DNA of 64,000 nt from Nageia nagi (lineage: Eukaryota; Plantae; Pinophyta). The notes below the pieces were generated by a model. It ran no database searches. It was not told where the DNA came from and was given only the letters and a program-made list of their open reading frames with translations. Below are positions 10,957-22,200 of this stretch, in pieces. Each line of letters starts with the position of its first letter. The first letter of the stretch is position 1. The translations under genes and the position numbers were made by a program. The stretch covers positions 141,050,001-141,114,000 of the forward strand of contig JBITNC010000001.1 of the NCBI GenBank assembly GCA_050084985.1. The letters run 5' to 3'.

Positions 10957-13086
10957 TGTAAATACTTCTCACAATTTGATTGTAAATCAAGATTTTACCA
11001 TATCAAAGTCCGAGAAACAGATGTTCACAAGACAGCATTCTCATGTCCCTTTGGACATTTTGATTGGACAGTAATGCCTTTCGACTTGATAAATGCTCCA
11101 AGTTATTATCAAGCTCATATGGTTGAAATCTTTTCTCACATGTCATCTTTTCTTTGTATATACATAGATGACATACTAATATTCAGTCCAGATCTCAAAT
11201 CTCATCTTATCCATCTTACTCAATTCTTCCAAAAAGCACAAGAAAATGGTATTTTTCTTGCAACATCAAAAATTCAATCATGTACAACCTCCAACAACTT
11301 CCTTGGCATGGAAGTTAAGAATTCTGAACTCAAGGTCCAACCTCACATCATTGAAAAAATTCAGTCATTCCCAGATGTCATGAGTATTAAGCAGCTACAA
11401 GCTTTTTTAGGGATTTTGAATTACATCAATAGTTTTTATCCCTATGATGTCAAAGATCAAGAACTCCTACAAAATTTACTTAAAAAGAAAAACCTTTTTG
11501 CATGGGGGGTGGATCATACTGTCGCAGTATAGAACATAAAACAGAAATGTTAAAAGTTACTCAAATTGTATGTTCCAGAAAGCGAAGATTATATATTTTA
11601 TACAGATGCTTGTGACACAGGTTGGGGTGCAGTTTTGTGTGACTGAGAACGGGAATGAGTATGTTTGTGAATACTTATCAGGAGTATTTGATGACAGTAA
11701 TCAAAAGTGGATCTCTTCTAATAAAGAGATATATGCTGTAAAGAAAGCTCTCGAAAAGTTTGCTCTGAAACTTATGCATCTCCCCAGATTCATCATTCGA
11801 ACTGACTGTACTAGGTTTATTACTTTCAGGAAAAAGAACCAGGGTAAAAAAGAAGGGAGAGGTAAGTATTTAAGGTGGCAAGAGTATTTTCAAATATTTA
11901 AATACACTGTTGAACATGTTGCAGGATGCAATAATATAGTCTCAGATTGGCTAAGCCGCAATCCTCAATGTCTGTCACTCCCAAGATGTTTAATGCACAA
12001 TCCATGTTTTTCTACAACTAACAGGAGTGATGTTTCATTTACAGAGCTTCCTATAGAGATCCAGAGTAATATTCTCCGTAGTAGCATGAATGAAGAATTT
12101 ATCAGAAGAAGTGTTTTTGCTTCTGTCGACTTACAGATCCAAGGATTTAATGTGACAACTAATCAAGAGTCAAGGGTAGGATTTATTACTATTGTCCGTT
12201 TGAACAATGATGTTTTGTTAAATTTGTATTTTAACCTTGTTTACAGGCCTGAATGGACATGGCAGGTGAAATCTCGAAGTTGCTTATGGAATGAGTTTGC
12301 TGAACAGTTTATATCAAGATGTGGACCCAGTTCTCTCAATCCACGAGAAGTCCAAACACTTGCTACTATTACATCAACTATTTGTAGATATCATCTTCAA
12401 TGGTCCTCCAATTTCTCTTTTAATTTAATAAGATTGAATAATGAATGGAAGATATCATATTTGTTCAACATCACATGTGGATTCGCTTCCATTTCGCTAA
12501 GATCACTAGAATAAGAAGCTGCCACTTGGCTTCGAGACTATTCAGCACAACCTCCAAAAAGGGCATCTACAAGCAAACAAGCTGGAGACGATAGTGATAG
12601 TGACAGCTGGAATTCTTCATAGAGTGGAACCCCATGGTCTCCTAAGATTCCTTTCTAATATTCTATGCTATCCACTCGGCATGTGAGCGAATAACTTTAT
12701 GTCTTATCAAAGTACTGTTACTTCATTGTGAAGGTTTGAACGGCTAAAATCTTGATAGACAAATATTACATCTGAGCCATTGGAAGGTTTTGTAAAATCT
12801 ATTAATAAGCTTTGTAAGCTTCATTTGAAGCATAGATATCTCATAAATAGCTAAGAGATAGCTAGTAGCAGAGCAAGTAGCCGAGTCTAAAGAGTCTTAG
12901 TAAGGATTTTGGTTCTCAGAGTTAAAGCCCTCAAAGTGTATACTTTGTGTTACGCTGACTTTGAGTTTCAAACTAGAATTCAAGTCTGTAAGTATACTCT
13001 GTATATTCTAGTCGATCTTCGCCATCCGAAGAGACTTGTCTGTAATTTCATGAGTTGTTCTGTTAATCCGCTGTAAATTGGTATCA
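10957..13086 (+). mobile_element. Endogenous pararetrovirus B, right arm (partial RT, RNase H, C-terminal extension, promoter, leader, partial tRNA-Met PBS)
   Basis: KYFSQFDCKS..KTAF..WTVMPF..NAPS..IYIDDILIFS; caulimovirid linker QPHIIEKIQSFPD..KQLQAFLGILNY; RNase H TDACDTGWG..KEIYAV..FIIRTD..RYLRW-like KYLRWQEY..EHVAG..N.VSDWLSR. No integrase. TGGTATCA at 13079-13086. Confidence 0.93.
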
Positions 13087-13089
13087 ACT

Positions 13090-14450
13090 ATTGCAAAGAA
13101 AAATAAGAAGACCATAAAGGGACATAGAAGAATGTAAAATCAATGGAGGAAATCCTCAACAAATTGCAAAAGGAATGTGAAGAGTTGCAAGTCTCCACAC
13201 AAGAAGGTAACACCAAAACCCCTATTGAGATTAGAGCACAATAACAACTACAATAGTCATGTATTGATATGTTACTTTGGGAAACACAGAAAAATAGCAT
13301 AGAAAAAAGTGTGTGGGCACCTGGACACTCATAAGAACTACACATGCAGATTCTGCAAACAACTTCAGAAGCTTTGCTGAGCTCTAATTTCATTGATAGC
13401 ATTTTGAAGAATAACATTATGCTAGATAATTTGTTTCTTTCTCATTTATAGAAGGGGAGAAATACCTAATTGCTTAAGTGCTATTTACTCTAATGATAAT
13501 TAACTAGTTACAAGTGTTTAACAAACACACTCACAAATAATATCTATTATGCGGCATGCCTAATGAAGTATGTTGTGCCTCAATACACAACATATCCATC
13601 CCCTAGGAAGGCTTTGTCCCAAAGCTAGCAAAAACTAAAAAGTTAAGCAGGGCTAATTTAGAGTAGCATTACGGTGAATGATCATATGGGACATCCCAAC
13701 ACTGCACCTTTTTATTCATCATACCACAAAAAGTTAGTTCATGGGAGGATATGAACCTAAGACCTCACAAAGACTACACACTAACAGATAACATCCTAAC
13801 CAAGAAACATTTAGCTTATAAGAATATATCGATGGTAGATGAGGCCCTTTTTTTAAGCCCTTCTGCCTTTCACAACATTGATAGGCCCCGATGGACCTCC
13901 ATAAAAACCTTGACTTCCCGTGCAACATCCTCTACTACAAACTTTGTCCCCTCTATCCTGTATCTCTGCACTGCCCTACTTCTTTGATGTTGCCCTACGA
14001 TTGTTGCCTCCTTTGCTCTTCTGTTCTGATCTCTTCTTGCTCCATTCTGTTTGGAAACATGTCTAGGTTATCTTTTACCATCTCTTGCATCACCAACCTA
14101 CAATTTGGAGGTAACTCTTTTAGTGATTCTTGGAAAACCAACTCCTACTTCTGTACAAAAACAGAAATCTAGGAGGTGTTCTCTACAAAGTAATCACCCC
14201 CATACTGTCCAATCTAGCGATGAATCCAAAATTACCTTCATTAACAGTTTTCTTGTTACTTTCAGAATCAACCACTTTAATTTCCCATCCAGGTAGAGAC
14301 TTGATGGTGAAGTTTTGAACAGCCTTTTCAAAGTTTAGAAACCATTTCGTTTTGATTGGTAGAATATGTGCCCAAACAATATAACCATTGTAATCCAAGA
14401 ATAACATCAACACCCCCTATGTACACCACACAAAACCCGTTCATTTTGTA
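13090..14450 (-). mobile_element. Internally deleted, decayed Ty3/gypsy remnant with probable 3' LTR (~13092-13592)
   Basis: Minus-strand fragments IGGVDVILGLQWLYCLG (protease region), VFQESLKELPP, FQTEWQEEIR (cf. LQPEWIIEAR in ORF 54150). PPT-like AGGGGATGGA before TGTTG at 13592. TATA-like CTATAAAT near 13450. Confidence 0.6.
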
Positions 14451-15194
14451 CTCTGCCATTGGATGCTCAAGATTATGCTTATCTTTTGAGCTTGTATCTT
14501 GTCTCGCTTTTGGATGCTTGATTCAGATCATACACTTGCATCTATTTCTGGTTTAATTTCTATTTTTATGGATGTTCACATCTCACAATGTATTGGATTT
14601 TCGGTTTTGGTGTTGTCTCCCGATTTAGCCCCTCATTCCATGTCAATATTCTAAAATGGTTCAAACTTCAAAGCAATTAAAACTTACTACAGAACATCTG
14701 ATAGGTATCTATTTTCGCATTAACAAAGTTTAAATCAAATTCTCTCATCAAAGTGGCTTAATTACAATAGTTGGATCGAAGGTAATAAAGATAATCATGC
14801 ATGAAAGTAAACAAGCAAATCACATACATGTTTATAATAAAAATGATTGGATAGACTTGGAAACAGAACTTGGTTCTCATGGAATTGCTAGTGCATTTTA
14901 AAATAATATCCTCTTCGCTAAAGCAGACCGCACTATTTAATCCACCCTATTTCAATTGGAAATCTAAATATTAAAAATAGAACTGTTAACAGATACATTA
15001 AATCCACTTATTGTGAATCTGTTATTCATTTGCCTCCTACTCTTGTCTGCTTATAACCATGTTAGTACTTTCAGTCAGATCTCTCTTTCTTACCCAGTTA
15101 AAATTCGGTGAGAAAAAATTGGAGCCTATCCAGAAACTCATATGAGATATCTTTTACAGTTTTAGATTTAAACTTAAATTCAAAATTGTAAGGT

Positions 15195-15350
15195 TTTTGG
15201 CTTTTGTTTTTCACCTTAAGGACTAGTCTTAGCATGTTAACAGAAATGTACTCCATAAAATTGTCTGATTTTTGGCTTTTGTTTTTCACCTTAAGGGCTA
15301 GTCTTAGCATGTTAACAGAATTGTACTTCATAAAATTGTCTGATTTTTGG
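15195..15350. repeat. Tandem duplication, ~75 bp x2
   Basis: TTTTGGCTTTTGTTTTTCACCTTAAGG(A/G)CTAGTCTTAGCATGTTAACAGAA... repeated at 15195 and 15270. Confidence 0.9.
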
Positions 15351-16161
15351 CATTTGAAAAATTTAGGCACTCAGCATGCATAACCAAGTAGTAAGTCAGA
15401 CATGCTTAAAATCCTAATGGTACCTGCAGATGAGTGTTAATGGGGCTCAGTAAGATCCTCTTCTATATGGAAGTGCCAGTAATCCAGCCATGTTTACTGC
15501 AAGCACGTGGAAGCTGATTTGGTGAAGAGTCTGAAGGTAAGTGCTCCGTACCTGAAGTTTTTACGAAGCTCTGGCATAATATAAGTAATCCATACTATGA
15601 CACCAATGAATATAAAAGGCAGGTTCCCAACAATTAATTTCACTCACCCTTGTCACAGGAAGTTTGGACAATTATTCCTTGTTTTTTCAATTCTTGTTTG
15701 GACAGCATAGTTCTTTTTCTCTGATAGGAAACATTTTTCTATTTGGGCCATCTAAATTCTTCCTAGGTTGCTTTTTGGTGACAGGGTTCTTCATAGATTA
15801 AGTCCAAGTATAAGTCCATATATTCCAAAGTCAATCATGTATTGGAAGCTGATAATTTAATTGTACTGTTATAAAGCCCATGCTAAATATATTTTCAAAC
15901 TTGCTGATTTCTTTGCCTAATTATTGGCATGGTTTAAGACAAATAGCTAGATAGGTACCTTCCGATTTGTTTTCTAAGTTCTGACTCTGAACCAGTTCTT
16001 GTAACCATTCAGAAGCAACAAGAGAAAAATAAGAGTCAATTTTAAAAGTCTTTCAAATCTCCAAAATTAGCATAAAAATAAGAAATACGCCTAATCTTGT
16101 ACTCTCAAGTTTTTAGATGTGAAGTATATAAAAGTTCTGCAGTGTAATACTATATACTAAC

Positions 16162-16296
16162 CGTGGCCCCATATGATGTATGGCTTTTGCTGCTGCACGC
16201 ATGTCTTCAATTGTCTCCAATGGCTCTCTGCCTACTAATGTTGAAGCTTCCTTCAAATTAGGCGTAACGATCTCTGATATCGGTAGAAGCTGTTGC
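16162..16296 (-). CDS. TH1: TH1 coding exon 5 (135 nt)
   Basis: actcag|G CAA CAG.. [44 protein letters not shown](R) |gttag. Confidence 0.94.
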
Positions 16297-19200
16297 CTGA
16301 GTATACAACCAAAATAGGTATTGTATTTAGTAGGTACTAACTAATATATAATAAAACCATACAGCATGCTTCCAAACCGAAGAAAAACGCATAACTGATT
16401 TACTTTGGAAAAATCACTACCCCTAAAAGAAAAACATCTAGAAAAATCGAAAAAAATGAAATAACTTCTTTTTCTTTTTCTTTATTAATATAATAAGCCA
16501 AATTTAACACAAACAGACAGTATACAGAATTCTGAAGATATGCCATAAAGCTAATTCAAAATAAAATTAAGTGTAATTACTTCTACACTGAACAAATTAA
16601 AAGATTAATTGAACTTTATATTTGCAATCTTTCTATTTGTGCCTATTTTATTTGACATGTGCATTATATCCACATACAATCAGCAACTCACACAGATTTG
16701 TTGGCATCTGCAGAGGAACGAGCAGTCAAAATAGTGAAGCTGACATCAAGGCAAGTTGGCAGGTAAGATGAGGAGATTAAAATATACATAATCATTCAAA
16801 GATCACGCCAAGGCAAACTAAGAATGTTATTACAATTATAGTAGGTCATACTATTCAATTGGAAGCCACCATCACAAGTGCGAAGCGAAGGACATCATGG
16901 AGGGTGATAAGAAAATACCAGTTGTCTCCCCTACTCAGAGAGAGGAAGCCCCTGGGCTTTACACTGCAAGAAGGCGAAGCATGTATGGTTATAAGAGAGG
17001 AAAGAGTTCCAAGTAACATTTGGATCCAAGCACTATTTACAAATATCTTCTAGTTCTAACTACTGTGTTGCATATTATTTCAGACATCATTTGACACAAG
17101 CATAGAACCTTTGAATTCAAACTCTGAAACTTCTTGAATATTGATTATAATTAATGAAATGAAATCTTATAGACATCATTAACACATGACCATCGTAAAA
17201 GTGATGATATAAATTCCACTTAATACTTAGTCTCATTAACATCAACTTCTTGTAAACTTGCAGTGTTGGTGGTAACATTGTTGCAAAGCCAATCTTAGCT
17301 GCTCCAAAGGCAAAAGAGTCGGATTGCATCAGCATGTCAATGATAACCCCTCAAGAAAAACAAAATCCAATGGTGAGTCATGAGAGTAATCCCATTAAAT
17401 ATACTCACATTGTTGAAAAGGAAGGACTCGGTAGCATCAATGAAACTCTGGATGCCAAAATCAAAAATGGAAAATCTTACTTTCATCACATGTTAATATC
17501 ACTCTCCCCAAATTAAATGCAGATAAATGAGGTTATGGGATGCATCGATCAGGAGGTAAAACAACTGAAGATTTGATCCAAGAAACAGCAAGAAGAAATT
17601 CTCCAAAAGCTGGCTGTTTATGAGAGATATTTATTACACATTGCTTCTATCACGACCTGTTTAACCATTGACATGAAAAAGAGCATTAAGCATCCTTGGA
17701 AGGTTCAAATTTGGTGATAGAGATCAACAGCGAATAAGTGGCAATCTGGTTTTATAACACCTCATTTCAATCAATCAGAGGAATTGGATGAAGCCATGTG
17801 GCACCACCAACAATGCAAGTCTACAAGAAGTTGATGATGTAAATGAAACTAAGTATGGAGTTCAAATCATCACTTTTATATTGTTCATGTGCTAGTGAAG
17901 CCTACAATACCATATTTCATCAGATATAGTCAAGAGTCAAGATGTTCCAGAATTTGATTTCAAAGGTCATTTACATTTCATTGCTGTATCAAATCAAAAA
18001 ATGTCTGATTGTTCAAGCATCCACTAATACTCCATTCCTGATGCAATATACATGCTATGAAATAACTTTTTCTCCATCAAAAAAGTAGAGTTACATGATA
18101 ATATTGGATTCAGTAATTGCCAGCATATTGGTTTGAAAAAGCATCAGGGATTATTGTTAGAAATGCAATACCAACATGTATGATCATAAGCGAGCAGCTA
18201 TTTTTGTCAAATGGAGGCTCTGGACAGCTGGAATTACCAAGAAAGACCTCCCTCTCTAATCCTCATATCTAGTTAGTTGTGTCCTATAGAAGAATGAAAA
18301 GATGATGTGTCCCTGGATATCCTCACTGCTTCTTCTATATACATACATGCATACACAAACATATGCATTCATAGAAATTATAAACATGCATATAAACCCT
18401 TTGGGAGGCAATAAATTAGTTTCTAAGAAATTAAAATATTCAAGAACTCAGTATTTCAATAGAAATAATGAGAAACCTGTAAATCTTATCCAAATTATAA
18501 ATTATCAAAACTATCACAAAATGTTTGGGAAGTTGGGAGAAAAGTGGATGTGGAAATTCTCAAATGATGTTAACAGAGTCCCAAGTTCAAATCCTCCCCC
18601 CTCACATGTTGGTGATGCATCTCAAATGTCACATGATGGTGACATGTTTCAATAGCTCTACAAACCACGTTGTAAAAGAGTTGGGACCCTTTCAACACCC
18701 CTTCTTAACCATATCAAAAAAAAAACATCAAAACTCGTTAAATAGTTGAATGATGTCCTATGCACATTAATGAAAATTTAAAAAAAATTCCTTAATCATA
18801 TTTTGAATGGTGCGATAAGAGTAAAACAAAAAGCAAAACACCAGAAGTCATGATGAACTTATACAAATAAATTCATACCGAAGTCCATCAAGTATAGCAG
18901 GACTAGCTAACACATCTCCACTTGTTGCTACCATAACAGGGTCAACTACTAATGCTGCACACATGTAGATGAATAGATTAAGAATGAAAATTGAAATAAA
19001 GGAAGCAACCACACGTATTTCTTAAATAGCATACCTCGAACTGGATATTCTTTCAAGCTTCTGCATAAAGCTTGAATAATGCTGTTGATGGAAGCATACC
19101 TGTCTTTACCTACAATTTGTTTGAAAATTTGTAAAATTATGGTTCTATATAATAAAGCAATGTTGTTCAACACATATTCCATAATGCCAATAGATTCCTT

Positions 19201-22200
19201 GCACAAGTTCAACCAGAGACTATTCTATGAATAAATATTGAGATGATATTACAACAGGATATATAACACAGTAGGTAGGCTTAACAGGAGATTAAATCTT
19301 AATGCTGCATAAATTTTAACACACTGTCGCCCATTGTAAGCATCTATAGAAAGAACGAAAAATTACTAATGTCCACAAGTGACAAAAAATAGGTCAGTCA
19401 GGCTTGAGAAATAACTCATAGATACAAATCACTATTTAAGCCCAAAAGGGGCATTAAAATCCAGAAAAGCACAAGATAGAATGGTCTTTGAGATCCTAAT
19501 AAGGTTTTATGAAGGAAAACATAATTTCAAAGATCTATCATTACAAGCAGCACGGATGGTCAATGCTCAAGAAAAAATAAAAGGAGTGGGGTTTAAGACC
19601 TTTTGCAAGCTCCAATGCTAATGAGTAATCACTTCTTGAAGGAAGAGAGTCAAGCACCTTTGGTCAGGGTGAAAAAATGACAGAAAATGACCCTCCTAAG
19701 CTCTTGAATAAGCAATGGTTTCTCCCTCAAATTGCATATTAAATAGACCACTGAAAGATGAAATGTTCTTTAGTTTTCACTTCTTAAAGGGAATACACAC
19801 AAGAAATCCTATTATTCCAAGGAATATGATGGTTTGTTTTCACTCACAACAGGTGGGAAGCATATTTTAAGTTGATTGAGACGGATTGAAAGTCTAGGAG
19901 TCCAATGCTGCTTGGTATAATTAGTGTAACGTCCCCATTTTTCTATTTTATTTTTGGCATTGTTATCCCACTTAAAATGTTTTAATTTATTTATGTGCAA
20001 TAAAGGTGATGTGGGTGCCCCTTTTGTGCTAGGAATATAATGTTTTAAAGTTATAACTTAAGTGAGTCACTTAAGTTATGGTGGGCCCAACTCAACATCA
20101 AAATAGAACTTGTCTATAAAGGTATGTTGGGTGCCCAAGTTAGGATCAGCTTATAATTTTGTTATTACAATTTTATGTTGTGGGCTGCTCCCCAACTCCA
20201 CCGTTGAGAAAGCTAGAAGATGTGCCCTAGTTTCTTGTGGTTTTCAGTTGTATTAGCTAGGTGATGTGCCCTAGTGTATGGTTGAAGAGGTGAATTCATT
20301 TCAGAATTCATATTGGTTCTCAAATCTGTATTTTCTTTCAGTATTGGTGATCAAGGAATGTGACGCCCCATCTTGGGAGCTATTTTGTGCAGTACCCGGA
20401 TTTTTAGGGATTCGCGGATTTTTAGGGGGGATGTTTCAGGAAAAACAAATTGCAGATCTAGATATTCTTTTGGCTGTTTAGTCTGTTCCACTTTTCAGAA
20501 AAATAAATAAAAAATTTTGTGGTGTTTTCTATCAATTTTGTTATTTTTGGTAAGTTTCTGAGTTATATTCTGAAAATTTCTAAAACTGTAAATTTAGGGT
20601 CATCACAATTAGGATAAGTGAAAATGTCAAATTGAATATGCACGAAAAGCAGGACATGGTTTTAGAAAATAACACACTTGCAAAATTGAATAGGCAAGTA
20701 TGCAACAATAGTGAACTTGTGTAAATAAATTTGCGATATTTGATTCAATTATGTAGGTTATATCCAACTCATCAAAACACACCTTATTTCATTCAGATAT
20801 ATCTCCTTTATAAAATATTGCATAACACATCTATAATAAATACAAAACTACATTCTATCATTATCTTCATAGACCTTCAATTACTAAAAGTATTTGTCAA
20901 AGTCAAAAAGTATAACATAATATGCTAACACCTTCCAATTACTCAAACTTCCCTTAAAATCCTTGGAGAAAATTGAAGGAAACCTTTCAGAAGTAAATAT
21001 ATCTCCATCCAAATGAAGTAAAAGAAACAATAAGAAATGTATCCCCAACTGTTTTAACATTTGAAAGGTTAAAGAGCAACCTGATCTAATTAAAAATTAG
21101 ATACAAAATAGTTCAGCTATAACTCCCCTTAGCTACATAAGAATGCTACTTGCCTTTTAAAATTAAATATTATAATTTTTACATATTAAATGTATAATGA
21201 TCAAACCTAACAATAGCCCTAGGCGAGCCAAGAAGTTCCTCTATACATACTCCTAACTACTGTATAAACTTAAGCAACCAACTTTAACTTTTTATTGTCT
21301 TATATTTAATTGGTAGTCAAATATATAATAATCAAGCCTAACATATAATCATAAGCTAGAAAAGGAGTTTATAATATGTATACATCTTCCCAATATTGTT
21401 TATAAGAAATCAACAGTATCTTCTTCTTCTTTTAGATCTTGTATTGAATTGATACATTGACTCTCAAAAGACTCAAACCTACAGAATTATTAAAAATTGC
21501 TTTAAAAAAATCTCTCTTTATTATTAGGCTTAACGAATTTCATGATATAAACAGATTCGTGGGGATTGTTCTTTCATGTGATGAGCTGCTCTTGTGAAAA
21601 TTAACCATCCCATCAAAATTGACTAGATTCAATTCATAGTAAACATATAATAAAAAAACTAAGCATAAACATAACCTTTTGAAGGAAAATACTTGTAAGT
21701 GTACATAACTCTCAATGAAAAAGGATTTATTGATTTTTCTTCCAATACTTGTATGTTATTGCTAAACTGCACAAATTAAATTGTAAATGCTAAGATGTTT
21801 ACCAAAATTGAGAACTCCCCAGTCAAATAGCAAAAGCTACAAAATTACTAAACTTAAAATTGCTTGAAATATATAATGAATCATGTGGCAAGGCCAGACG
21901 TGCCAAGAAATAGGAATAACTCTGATGCTAGGAACTACAAAAAGCTTACAGATTGGGAAGTATATAAGCTTGCATATAGTAGTCAATATTGTTTCATTGA
22001 GAACAATAAGGTCATCAAGGCCTTTATAAGGCTTGCACAAGCCCAACTTCAGCAATCTTCAGCACTATTTGTTTCTATCAAATTCAATCCTTGAGATGGA
22101 GATTTGGTACCGGTGTAGTATAACTCACCCAAACAGATGCTCTTGCAAATTTACAAAAAGAGCAATTGCTATACTTTTGAAGCAGATTGTCTAGACACAA

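Larger units (their letters stand above)
8883..13078. repeat. ~4.2 kb inverted repeat, arms ~2.1 kb, loop ~26 nt (10957-10982)
   Basis: Centre: TGTTTCTCGGACTCTGATATGGTAAAATC (10921-10949) pairs with GATTTTACCATATCAAAGTCCGAGAAACA (10991-11019). Outer ends: AATTACAACGGATTAA (8883) pairs with TTAATCCGCTGTAAAT (to 13078). Confidence 0.97.

Noticed and set aside
8883-13078. Palindrome as a sequencing or assembly fold-back artefact
   Set aside because: The arms differ by roughly 10% with independent stops and indels (e.g. an extra ~10 nt at ~12838-12848); an artefact would give near-identical arms.
5280-13086. RT/RNase H ORFs as Ty3/gypsy retrotransposons
   Set aside because: No integrase or LTRs; caulimovirid-type RT, linker and RNase H motifs; promoter then PBS located after the coding region.
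20359-20607. Small TGTGAC..TCACA-bounded element
   Set aside because: No clear TSD or second copy in the window; probably part of a decayed LTR, too weak to call.
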